A stretch of DNA of 64,000 nt from Pseudomonadales bacterium. Lineage in GTDB: Bacteria > Pseudomonadota > Gammaproteobacteria > Pseudomonadales > Azotimanducaceae. Each line of letters opens with the position of its first letter. Position 1 is the first letter of the stretch. A model generated the notes under the pieces. That model saw only the letters and a list, made by a program, of their open reading frames with translations, was not told the origin of the DNA and did not search any database. Made by a program: the position numbers and the translations under genes. This document shows, one piece after another, positions 49,359 to 59,200 of the stretch. The stretch covers positions 4,977,809 to 5,041,808 of the forward strand of contig OY762070.1 in the NCBI GenBank assembly GCA_963665195.1, read 5' to 3'.

Positions 49359-51032
49359 CTACCAACGAGCGTTAAGCCACGCACCGGGTGCAGGGCCGCG
49401 CGCTGCAGCGCCGCGCAGGCTCGACGAGAACGGGTTGCCGACCCGCGACGTGCAGCCGGTGTCGAGCGGCGCGGCTGCGGCGAACAGGCTGCCACCATCG
49501 TCGCACGGTGGCGGCACGACGCCTCTCACGTCGAACTCCCAGACTGCATCGCCGAAACCTTCCGGGACATCCTCGAGATCGGTGCTGCTCGGATGCTGCA
49601 CGGCGACCACGAACTTCTCGGGGTTGAGCGGGTGGAAGATCATGCCGGTGTTCTCGGAGCCGGCAACCTGGATGCTCATGAAGTGGTCGAGCGATTCGGC
49701 GACACCATTGCCGTCGGTGTCTCGGCCGAACCAAATGTCGCCGCCGACATCGCCCCTGTTGGGGGAGTCCTCGATGATGTAGATGTTGCCGAGTGCATCC
49801 TGGGCTAGGTTGTCGGGCGAGTTCAGGTTGCCGGTGGTCGCTGCGAAGCCGACGTTCTTGGCCGACTTGGCGGTCGCGAACGGGCGCACGATCGCTTTGC
49901 GGTTGCCCAGCATCTCGATGGAGATCACGGAATGTTCCGACGTGATGGCGACGTAGAGCACCTCGTTGAAATTGGCCAGCATGCCGACCTCCATATCCTC
50001 CGGTCGGCCGTAGGGCGTGCCGCCGACGTCGTCTGCCGCCGCACGTCCGCCGCGCGCGTCGGCGCGCTCCCTCGGATCCACGGTCGGGCCGTCCATGAAG
50101 GGATCGTTGACACCGGGCAGCGGCTCGCCGTCGGCATCGGTGACGGGAACCCAGGTGGCCGGACCGAAGCGTTGCGCGTTCTTGTTCACGCCTTCGTTCC
50201 AGTTGGCCGCGGGATCGCCGCCGGTCTCCATGAAGGCATCCACCGACAGCACGAAGGTCTGTCCGCCGCCGGCGTAGTCGCCGGGCGTCTTGAGCACCAG
50301 CGCGTAGATGGAACCGGAGTTCCACTCGTCGATGAAATAGATGACCCGGTTGGGGAAGCGACGGCTGAAGTTGATGCCCTCGTGCGCGACGCGGGCGACC
50401 GAGTCGAGGATCCGGTAGTCCTCTCCCTCAACCAAGGCGCTGACGAGAGGGTCGGCTGGAGCGTCGCCGAGCGGATCCAGGATCTCGACGATTCGCCCGA
50501 GCCCCGACCATTCCTCGCCGAGGAGGACGGTGCCGTTGGGCGTCCAGCGCGCCGGGTCGAAGGCGGCGAAGTCCTGTGCCCACGCCGGGCATGATTGGCG
50601 CCAGCAGGCGCCGAAGTCGGACGCCATGGAGTCTCCGGCGAAGAGCAATTCGGTGCGGTCTTCGGCCGTGTCGTACCGGGACAGGCCGGCACCGAACGGC
50701 GTCTCGTGCGGAATGAAGATGTACCGGCCCGACGGGTCGTAGGCCAGCATGTCGAACATCGACGACGAGCCGCCGAACGGCACGCGCTGCACGGACTGCG
50801 TGGCATCGGCCTCGACCTCCTTGAGGCTCATGAGGTTGCGCTGCGAAAGGCCCGCCGGGGTTTGCCACGGCGAGTTGAGTTCGTTGACGTGGTTGGGGGA
50901 CGCGACCGCGGTGGATTGCGTCAGCGGGTTGAAGAACGGATCGGTTCCGGCCCACGCCGCCGTTGCGGCGAGCGCGACGACAGCGAGCGAGGCGGCGGCA
51001 AGGGGGGGGGGCGACACAAGCGTGCGGCTCAT
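49359..51032 (-). CDS. secreted PhoX/DUF839-like beta-propeller protein
   Basis: Signal peptide. GTPYGRPEDME and SPDNLAQDALGNIYIIED resemble PhoX/DUF839 signatures. The family call is from memory only. Confidence 0.65.
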   Translation of the reverse strand: MSRTLVSPPPLAAASLAVVALAATAAWAGTDPFFNPLTQSTAVASPNHVNELNSPWQTPAGLSQRNLMSLKEVEADATQSVQRVPFGGSSSMFDMLAYDPSGRYIFIPHETPFGAGLSRYDTAEDRTELLFAGDSMASDFGACWRQSCPAWAQDFAAFDPARWTPNGTVLLGEEWSGLGRIVEILDPLGDAPADPLVSALVEGEDYRILDSVARVAHEGINFSRRFPNRVIYFIDEWNSGSIYALVLKTPGDYAGGGQTFVLSVDAFMETGGDPAANWNEGVNKNAQRFGPATWVPVTDADGEPLPGVNDPFMDGPTVDPRERADARGGRAAADDVGGTPYGRPEDMEVGMLANFNEVLYVAITSEHSVISIEMLGNRKAIVRPFATAKSAKNVGFAATTGNLNSPDNLAQDALGNIYIIEDSPNRGDVGGDIWFGRDTDGNGVAESLDHFMSIQVAGSENTGMIFHPLNPEKFVVAVQHPSSTDLEDVPEGFGDAVWEFDVRGVVPPPCDDGGSLFAAAAPLDTGCTSRVGNPFSSSLRGAAARGPAPGAWLNARW

Positions 51033-51159
51033 GCGGGGGCTCCTAGGCGTGTGAGGACGCTTGAGCGTATCACGATCTCCCGGGGTTTGAGAACCAGAAA
51101 CGCAGCGGGTGTACGACAGATCCCTGGCAATCGCGCCCACGCCCCGATGGCGCGCTTGC

Positions 51160-52062
51160 TCAGGGCGCGTCGAGGCCCTCGCGGTACGCGCGCCAGCGCC
51201 CGAAGGACTCGGCGATCTCGTCTTGGCGCAGTTTCAGCATGGCCTCGATGTCGGGGTGGGTGAGGATATAGAACTCGTCCTGGCGGATGGCGTGCAGCAC
51301 CATGTCGCCGACCAGGGCGGGATCGAGCGCCGTTGCGCGGATTTCCTCGATGCGCGCTGCCTGTTGCTCCGGCGGCAGGTCGCTCGCCAGGACGCTGGAG
51401 GCATCGGTGCCTTGCAAGGCTTGTGGGCGGTTGCGACCGGAATCGAAGATGTTGGTGTCGACGACGCCGGGGCAGAGCACCGAGACGCCGATGTTGTGCG
51501 GCAGGAGATCGGTGCGCAGCGACTCGGACATGCCGACGACGGCGAACTTGGTGGCGGTGTAGATGCCGAGGCCGGGCACGGCGATGTGCCCGGCCATGGA
51601 GGCGGTGTTGACGATGTGGCCGCCTTCGCCGTGGGCGATGATGCGTTCGATGAAGGTCTGCAGGCCGTTGATCACACCGTCGTAGTTGACGCCGTTCACC
51701 CAGTCCCAGTCGTTGTAGGTCATCCGGTCGAGGGTCCCGCCCAGGGCGACCCCGGCGTTGTTGCAGACCACATGGACGTTGCCGAAGCGCGCCTCGGCGG
51801 CGTCCGCGGCTTCCCGGAAGCCGTCGCGGTCCGTCACGTCGAGCGGGAGCGCGAGGAACTGCGCGTTGCTCTCCTCGAACTCGGCCTGCACGGCGTCGAG
51901 CGCCGCCTGTTCGATGTCCGCGACCACCACCTTCATGCCGGCCTTCGCGAACGAGCGGGCCATGGCGAGGCCCATGCCGCTCGCGCCGCCGGTGATGAAG
52001 GCGGTCTTGTCTGCTACTTGCTTCACGTTCGGCGTCCCCTTCTGCAGCACAGTGACGCGCAT
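51160..52062 (-). CDS. SDR-family oxidoreductase
   Basis: TGGASGMG, NNAG and YTATK motifs. GTG at 52026 with an upstream AAGGGGA is a plausible alternative start. Confidence 0.88.
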   Translation of the reverse strand: MRVTVLQKGTPNVKQVADKTAFITGGASGMGLAMARSFAKAGMKVVVADIEQAALDAVQAEFEESNAQFLALPLDVTDRDGFREAADAAEARFGNVHVVCNNAGVALGGTLDRMTYNDWDWVNGVNYDGVINGLQTFIERIIAHGEGGHIVNTASMAGHIAVPGLGIYTATKFAVVGMSESLRTDLLPHNIGVSVLCPGVVDTNIFDSGRNRPQALQGTDASSVLASDLPPEQQAARIEEIRATALDPALVGDMVLHAIRQDEFYILTHPDIEAMLKLRQDEIAESFGRWRAYREGLDAP

Positions 52063-52080
52063 TGTCGCACCGACATGGGA

Positions 52081-53727
52081 TCAGCGCACGGGATCCCCCG
52101 CGCCTTGGCGGAGCTCCCACACCTGGCCCGCGCCGAAATCGCCGAAGCGCTCGGTCTCGCCGTCGGGCCAGCGGACATGAACGTCGCTCGCGGCTTCGGC
52201 GGCGCCCAGGCCGAAGTGGACCATCGGTTCGTTGGACGACAGGTAGCTCGCTGCCGGCTGCACGTCTCGATGCTGGCGCCTGTCGCCGATCCGCGCGGAC
52301 ACGGTCGCCGCATGGGCGTCGCGCCCTTCGCCGGTGAGGACGCGGAAGCGAACCCAGTTGCCGCGCTCGGCGACACGATTCATGAGGAGGTACGGCGGCG
52401 CGTCGCGGTTCACGACCAGGAGGTCCAGGCCGCCGTCGCCGTCCACATCGCCAACGGCCAGGCCGCGGCTCGTGTGTACCAGCGGAGACGCCACGCCGCC
52501 GCCCGGCGCGACGATCTCGAAGCGCCCGTCGTCGCCGGCGCGGAACAGCACATTCGGCTCCGCGAACGGGTCCGCTTCCTCCTCGGAGACGTGAGCTATG
52601 GCGCCGTTGGCGTGGTAGAGGTCGAGGCGCCCGTCGTTGTCGAAGTCGGCCAGCGCGACGCCGAAGCGGGTGTATTGGCGGCTCGCGATATTGAGGCCCG
52701 CCTCGGCGGTGGCGTCGTCGAACCAGGCGCCGGCGTTGCGGTACAGCGAGTCCGTCTGCCCCGCCAAGTTCATCACCAAGATGTCCACATCCTGATCGTC
52801 GTCGATGTCGGCCGCGGCGACGCCCATGCCGGCCTTGGCTTCGCCGGACTCGTCCACGCCGCAGCCCCAGTCCATGGCGGATTCCTCGAAGCGCAGGTCG
52901 CCTTGGTTGAGCCAGAGCTGGTTCACCATCATGTCGTTGGCGACGAATACGTCCGTGCGACCGTCGCCATCGTAGTCGGCCCCGACCACGCCGAAGCCGT
53001 TGCCGAAGGCCAGATGCAGCCCGGCATGGCGGCTCACGTCCGTGAACGTGCCGTCGCCGTTGTTGCGGAAAAGCTTGTCCGGTGCCGGCGCCTTGTAGTT
53101 CTGCGGCGGGCAGTAGGAGCGAATGCCCGCCATGTAGCACTCCAGCTCGGTGTCGCTCTGCCACTCGGCGTAGTTGCGCCACTGGACGTAGTTGGCAAGG
53201 AAGAGATCGAGGTCGCCGTCGGCATCGAGGTCGAGGAAGGCGGCCGACGCGCCCCAGCCCGAATCGGCCACGCCCGCGGCGGCGGCGACGTTGTCGAAGC
53301 GGCCTTGGCCGTCGTTCTTGAGCAGCAAGTTGGCGCCGACGTTGGTGACGTAAAGGTCCACGTCGCCGTCGTTGTCGTAGTCGCCCGCGGCCACGCCCAT
53401 GCCGTAGCCATCGGCGCCCGGCGGCGACGGGCCGGCCTCGAAAGAGCCGTCGCCGCGGTTGAAGTAGACGCGGTCGGCCGCGCCCGAGCCGCCGCCGAGA
53501 TCGCCGCTCTGCACCAGGTAGGAATCTAGGTCGCCATCCCCGTCGAGGTCCGCAAGGGCCGCGCCGCTGCCCGCGACCTCGGGCAGGAAGTAGCGCCCAT
53601 CGAACCCGGTGGCATGGCGGTAGTCGATGCCGCGCAGCGCCGCTTCCTCTTGGAACCACGGCGCGGGTGCCGTCGGCGCGCTCGGCTCGCATGCGCTCAA
53701 CAAGCACGCCAACGCGACGCTGTGCAT
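52081..53727 (-). CDS. CRTAC1-family protein (FG-GAP/VCBS repeats plus ASPIC/UnbV C-domain), lipoprotein
   Basis: Lipobox LLSAC. Repeated D.D.DGD.D motifs, and a C-terminal GNWVRFRV....YLSSNEP.VHFGLG block. Confidence 0.85.
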   Translation of the reverse strand: MHSVALACLLSACEPSAPTAPAPWFQEEAALRGIDYRHATGFDGRYFLPEVAGSGAALADLDGDGDLDSYLVQSGDLGGGSGAADRVYFNRGDGSFEAGPSPPGADGYGMGVAAGDYDNDGDVDLYVTNVGANLLLKNDGQGRFDNVAAAAGVADSGWGASAAFLDLDADGDLDLFLANYVQWRNYAEWQSDTELECYMAGIRSYCPPQNYKAPAPDKLFRNNGDGTFTDVSRHAGLHLAFGNGFGVVGADYDGDGRTDVFVANDMMVNQLWLNQGDLRFEESAMDWGCGVDESGEAKAGMGVAAADIDDDQDVDILVMNLAGQTDSLYRNAGAWFDDATAEAGLNIASRQYTRFGVALADFDNDGRLDLYHANGAIAHVSEEEADPFAEPNVLFRAGDDGRFEIVAPGGGVASPLVHTSRGLAVGDVDGDGGLDLLVVNRDAPPYLLMNRVAERGNWVRFRVLTGEGRDAHAATVSARIGDRRQHRDVQPAASYLSSNEPMVHFGLGAAEAASDVHVRWPDGETERFGDFGAGQVWELRQGAGDPVR

Positions 53728-53816
53728 GACTCCGGCACGGGCGGGGGCAAGCCCCGCTCCGACACGCCGTGGGTACCGTGACGACTTCCATTCGCGCGAA
53801 CACGGGGGCCGCACGG

Positions 53817-55244
53817 CTACATCGACCGAAGATTGCCGGGATGTCGTGGGCCGCTCCGCTGCAACGCCGCTAGCCGTCGGCGAGCGGAGGCGCGTTCCGC
53901 GTCGTGGGTGGCTAGGCGGTCGGCCCAGTCGAGGGCTTGTTCGGCTTCGTCGAGTCGGCCTGCTTCGGCGAGGCACCGGCCGAGGTGGACGTAGGCCATG
54001 GTGAAGGCGGCATCGATGCGCACGGCTTCTTGGAATCGTGCTGCGCCTTCCTGCCAGCGTTGCTTGGCGCCATGGAGCAGGCCCAGGCGGTAGAGCACAT
54101 GCTTCGGTTCCCGGGCGCCAGCGTCGAGGGCTCGCTCCAAGAGGTCGATCCCTTCGTCCGTGCGGCCTTGCTGGGCGAGCAGCCAGCCGAGCTGCTCCAA
54201 GGCGCGGGCGTTGTCGGGCACCAGCTTCGTCACTTCTTCCAAGTGGCGGCGGGCGCTGGCCGCATCGCCTTCCTGCAGGTAGGCGTTGGCGAGCATCTGG
54301 TGCAATCGGGGTTCGTCCGGATAGCGCTTGAGGCCCGCGTACAGCACCGACTTGGCCGTGCCGAAGCGCTCCAGGGCGGCGTTGGCCCAGACGAGGGTGT
54401 TGATGGCGGCGATGTCGTCCGGGCGTTCGGCCAGCAGTTCCTTCGCCAATGGCAGCGCGACCTTTGCACGGCCGGCTTGGATCAGGCTCTGGGCGTGCTG
54501 CAGTAGATTGCCGAAACCGGCGATGTAGGGCGTGCGCCGGGCGAGACGCGGGTCCAGCCACTGCATGGCGGAGGGTGCGCTGGCGCCTCTGGCGGCGGCG
54601 ATGCGCGCGTCGTCGTTGCGGCCGAGGGCGCGATAGGCGCGGCCGAGCAGCACCTCGATGCGCGGGTCCGGCGAGCGGGCGGCGAGCGGCTCCAGCATTG
54701 CCACGGCCTCCTCGAAACGCCGCTCTTCGACCAGAAGGCGCGCGTGGCCCATGATGGCCGGTGCGCCGGCGCCGAGTTCGGCGGCGCGCTCGAAGGCGGC
54801 GCGCGCATCGCCCAGGCGACCGAGTTCGCGCAGCCACTCGCCGCGGTAGAGCCATGCCGGGACGTAGCCGTCATCGAGGGCGATGGCGGCGGCGAGCGAG
54901 TCGAGTGCGCCTTGGTAGTCGGCGTTCTCTCGCGCCATCAGCAATGCCCGGAAGTATGGCCACTCGAAGTCGTCCGGCGCCAGTGCCGCCGCTTGGCCGT
55001 AAGCGGCGATGGCGCGCTGCGGGAAGCCGTTGACGTCGTAGGCCATGGCGAGCTCGGCGCGCGGCTCGGCAGCGCCGGGGTTTCGTGCCGCGGCATCGTG
55101 GCGGACCTGCAGCGCGGCCATGAGTCTGGCCTCGTCGCCGGCGGGAGGCGTCGGCAGTTGCATCGAAGGGCCGTCGAAGCAGCCGGCGATCAGCAGGCAC
55201 GGCAGCAGCCAGACCCCTCGCTGACGCTTGGCGTCGCGGGCCAC
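53817..55244 (-). CDS. TPR-repeat lipoprotein
   Basis: GTG start giving VARDAKRQRGVWLLPCLLIAGC (lipobox), followed by numerous TPR-like helical repeats. Confidence 0.75.
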   Translation of the reverse strand: MARDAKRQRGVWLLPCLLIAGCFDGPSMQLPTPPAGDEARLMAALQVRHDAAARNPGAAEPRAELAMAYDVNGFPQRAIAAYGQAAALAPDDFEWPYFRALLMARENADYQGALDSLAAAIALDDGYVPAWLYRGEWLRELGRLGDARAAFERAAELGAGAPAIMGHARLLVEERRFEEAVAMLEPLAARSPDPRIEVLLGRAYRALGRNDDARIAAARGASAPSAMQWLDPRLARRTPYIAGFGNLLQHAQSLIQAGRAKVALPLAKELLAERPDDIAAINTLVWANAALERFGTAKSVLYAGLKRYPDEPRLHQMLANAYLQEGDAASARRHLEEVTKLVPDNARALEQLGWLLAQQGRTDEGIDLLERALDAGAREPKHVLYRLGLLHGAKQRWQEGAARFQEAVRIDAAFTMAYVHLGRCLAEAGRLDEAEQALDWADRLATHDAERASARRRLAALQRSGPRHPGNLRSM

Positions 55245-55252
55245 CGAAGGAC

Positions 55253-56116
55253 TCAGAGGTCCAGCATCTCCGCGCATCGGCGGCGGTCGTCGACGCGGAT
55301 GTCGTCGGTTTCGCAGCGGATGCGGACCGCGTTGATGGGATAGCGGGACGGGCCGGTGATGCGCCATGCGCGGCCCTTGCGGAAGCGCGACTGGCGGCGC
55401 TCCACCTCGACCGTCTGGCCGGCCTTGAGGCGCGCTTGGGTTGCGCGGTCGCTGACGAAGAGGTAGCGCTGGTCGAGGGCGATCACTTGCCGTTCCAGGA
55501 TCGACTGGTGGATGCGGGTGACTTCGGCGGAGAAGCTGTCGGCGGGCGGTGCCGATGGGCCGGGTTGCGGTGCAGAATCCTCGGACGGGCGCTCGGCGCC
55601 GTACGTCTGCTCCTCCATGGCGGGTGGCCGGCTTGGGCGCGGCCGCGGTACCGCGCGCGGCTCCGGCGGCGGTGCCTCGACTGCGGGTAGCGGCCCTGGT
55701 GCTGGCGCCGCCGGCTGCGGTGCTGGACGGGCCGGTTGGCGAGCGGGTTGCGGCGTTCCAGCCTCGGCCGGCGGGGGCCGCTCGATCCGGCGGGCGGGCG
55801 CGGGTTCCGCAGGCGCGGGCCGCTCGATTCGGCGCGCCGGTTCTGCAGGTGCGGGCCGCTCGAAGCGCTGGGCGGGCGCGGGTTCGACAGGCAGCGGCCG
55901 CTCGATGCGCCGGGCTGGCGTCGTCTCGGCCTCCGGTTCCTGCTGCGCCGCGTCGATGCAGGCGCGGCGCACATCGCCGTCGTCGATCGCGAGGCAATCC
56001 ATCACCTTCTCGCATTGTGCCCGGCGCTCTTCGGGCACCCCCTCGCATCCCGTCTGGCCCCAGGCGAAGGGCGCGATGAGGATGCCGAGGGCGATGCAGG
56101 GAATGGGCTTGTTCAT
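55253..56116 (-). CDS. secreted protein with proline-rich tandem repeats
   Basis: Signal peptide MNKPIPCIALGILIAPFAWG, a Cys-containing N-module, four (A)RRIERP.P.EPAPA repeats, a Pro-rich tract, and a C-terminal ~100-aa globular part. Confidence 0.65.
   Translation of the reverse strand: MNKPIPCIALGILIAPFAWGQTGCEGVPEERRAQCEKVMDCLAIDDGDVRRACIDAAQQEPEAETTPARRIERPLPVEPAPAQRFERPAPAEPARRIERPAPAEPAPARRIERPPPAEAGTPQPARQPARPAPQPAAPAPGPLPAVEAPPPEPRAVPRPRPSRPPAMEEQTYGAERPSEDSAPQPGPSAPPADSFSAEVTRIHQSILERQVIALDQRYLFVSDRATQARLKAGQTVEVERRQSRFRKGRAWRITGPSRYPINAVRIRCETDDIRVDDRRRCAEMLDL
55776..55920. repeat. about four tandem 39-42-bp coding repeats
   Basis: GGCCGCTCGAT(C/T/G)CGGCG...GCGGGTTC... units read directly in the sequence. 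Confidence 0.85.
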
Positions 56117-56206
56117 CGGTTTCGCGGCTGTTCCTCGATCCCGAAGGTGGTTGCTAGGCGGGAGCGACGGAAGAAGCCTCAAGCGTCTTCCGCCGCCCCG
56201 GTGCTC

Positions 56207-59200
56207 CTAGAAGCCGACGGTCATGCGCAGGTAGAGCTGCCGGCCCATGATGCTGTCGAGATAGCTCTCGTAGCCGACGCCGGACGGGAACGCATTCGGA
56301 TTGGAGTTGAAGACGTTCCTGATGGCGACGTTGGCGGCCAGATAGCCGAAGCCGAGCACGTCGGGCTGGCGGTACGTGTAGCTCACGTCCCAGTAGGCGC
56401 GGCTCTCGATGCGGCAGTACGGGTTCCGGTCCTGGTCCGTGCAGGCGTCGTTTTCCGTCCAGCTCGTCGTATCCATGCCGTGGTCGTGCGACAGGTAAGG
56501 GTTGCCATCCGAATGCGGCGGGCCGTAGCGGGCGACGATTTCGTCCCAGGAGGCGATGAGGTCGGTGATTGCCTGGTGGTAGCGCACCCCGAAGTGCAGG
56601 GTGTGGTTGTCGCGGAACCAGCGCAGGGACGCATTCACGCGCCACTTCGGCGTCGGCGGTAGCGGCGAGAACAGCGCGTTGTAGGGCCTCCAGAAGGCCG
56701 CGCTGTTGCGGTTGCCGAGGCCGTCCACGCGGAGGCCGGCGAACTGGTGGCCGCTTCCCGGTGCGTAGCGTTGCAGGCTCATCTCTAGGATCTGCGTTGC
56801 CGAGACGCGGAACTCGAAGCTGCCGAGGTCCGGATCGAGCTCGATCATCGGCACGTCCGATGCGTCGAAGCGGTAGCGCATGTTGTAGACCACCGAACGT
56901 ACCCGACTCTCGCCCTGGTTCAGCCAGCCTTCGTTGACCGCGGTGAGCCGACCGCTGGCGTCGCGCTCGATGGTGGCGCCGCCGAGGCCCCGCTCCTGCC
57001 CGGCGATGTAGGAGCGCGCCGCCGCCTCTCGGCATTGCAGTTCGCTCGCGGAGGTCTGCGCGAGGAACACATCCACCGACATGTTGAGCTCGTCCACGTT
57101 GTCGTAGTCGATCAGCGTGCCGGGGCATTGCTGGAGGGCGTAGGTCTGGAACGGGCCGGCGTTCTGGCCGAGGATCACGCCGGCGCCCATGCGCTCCACG
57201 CGGCCGTTGAAGACCACGTTGGTGTAGTCGGCATCGAACACGAAGTCGCCACCGAAGAGGAGCAGGGAGAAGCCGGCGTTCCACAGGTCCGAAACCTCGG
57301 CGCCGAGGCCGCGGTTGGAGGAGTTCTCGCTTACGGCGACGCCGGGGATGCCGCCGCTCTGGCCGAGCGAGCCTGCGCACATGCCGAGTTCCGGCATGGC
57401 ATCGCAGATGTAGTCGGACTGGGTCTCGAAGGTCACGTCGCCCGGTGCCGATGCGAACAGCTGGTAGCTGCCCGGCGGCACGAAGCCCTCCGTGATGCTG
57501 CTGCGCACCGCCAGCCAGTCGGTCGGCTGGTAGCGGATGGCGAGCTTCGGAATCGTCACCTCGAAGCCGGCCGACTGGCCGATGGAGGCGAACGAGGCGT
57601 TGATGTCGAACTCCGTATAGCGCGCCGCGGCCTGGATTTCCATCTGCCCGAAGGTCTCGCTGGAGATCGGCGTGACGCGGAACTCGACGAACGCGGCGCG
57701 CACGTCTTCGGACGTGCCCTGGAAGTCCACGCGGTCAGACGAGATGCCGGCGGCGCCGAGCTGGTCCGGCCGGAACTCTTCGTCCTCGGTGCGCGTGTGG
57801 ACGCCGATCGCCACGCCCACGGGGGTGTCGTTGTACCAGAGGTTGAAGAGCTGGCTGTTGGAGATGCTCAAGTCCAGGATCACCATGCCGACGTCGCGCT
57901 GGACGTGGCGCGGGCTGAGGCCAGCGTTGCGCGTCTCGGTGGAGGTGTTCCAGGCCGGGTCGTCCTTGCTGCGCCAGGATTGGTGCTGGGCCGGCAGAAC
58001 GAGGCCGGTAGCCGGGTCCTGGGACAGCCACGCGGTGGAGAACGGGTTCCAGCAGGAATCGCCGTTCGGGCCGCCCTGGCAGCGCAGACTGCTCACCGTG
58101 AGCGGCCACGCCGGATCCAGCGACACCCATTCGCGACGGCTGTTGTTCCAGATCCAGTCCGCATCCACCAGCCACTCGGTGTCCGGGATGCTGAGCGTCG
58201 TGCCGAGGCGCAGGCGCACGTTCTCCGACAGGCGCCGGTCGTTCAGCGACATGTCCTTGTTCAGCCACGGATAGGACTCGTGAACGTAGGGCTGCTTGGG
58301 GAATGCGCCGATGTAGCCGTGGATGCCGACGCCGGAGTCGCCCATCAGCACGTCGTCGAAGAGGCGGATGCCGCCGCTGGTGAAGGTATCGAGCACGCCG
58401 TCGCCGTCGCTGTCGATGCCGTCCATGTCCGGGTCGAAGCGATCCGGCACGCCGTCGCCGTCGCTGTCCTCGGTCATCGACAGCAGGATCACGCGGTGCA
58501 GCGGATTGAGTTGCCCGGAGCGGTCGTCAAGCTCGGCCTCGTCGGCGATGCCGTCGCCGTTGAAGTCGCGGTCGGGCAGGCCGTCGCCGTTCAGGTCCTG
58601 GGCGAACACCAGCCACTCGCCGGGTTCCTGCAGGTAGTCGTAGCGGCCGTCGCCGTCAACGTCCTCCCAATCGAGCGTCCCGTGGGAAACCAGGATCGGG
58701 CCGCCGAACTGGTAGCCCCATTCCCGCGCGGCCGCCTCGTCGAGGTCGTCGCGGACATGCGCCGGCACGTAGTCGGCGCAGGCGGCGATGCTGGCCGCCA
58801 CTTCCGGCACGTCGCAGACGTTGGAGTCGTCCGCATAGGCGCGGTAGGGGTTGCCCGGCAGGCTGCCGATGGCGATGGGCTGCGTGTGGTCGTAGCGGCG
58901 CACCCCGTTCGGCCATTCGTCGATGGACGGCGCGAAGGTGCGGGTGGAGTAGTCGAGCCTGGAGAACACCGCCTCGCCGCGCACGGTGACGTAGTCGTTG
59001 AACTCGTGCTCGAAGTAGGCCATGCCCTGTTCCTGATCGCGGCGCTCGCGGATGTCCGTGATGTCCGTGATGGTGTAGCGGCAGTCGCTGCCGAAGGCCT
59101 GGTTGGTTTCCGTGCCTCGGGAGCGCGTCTCCTGGCCGCGCCAAGTGCCGGTGGAGAAGCCGTTCAGGAAGTTGCCGTTGTGTACCGTGTCGTTCTGGCC

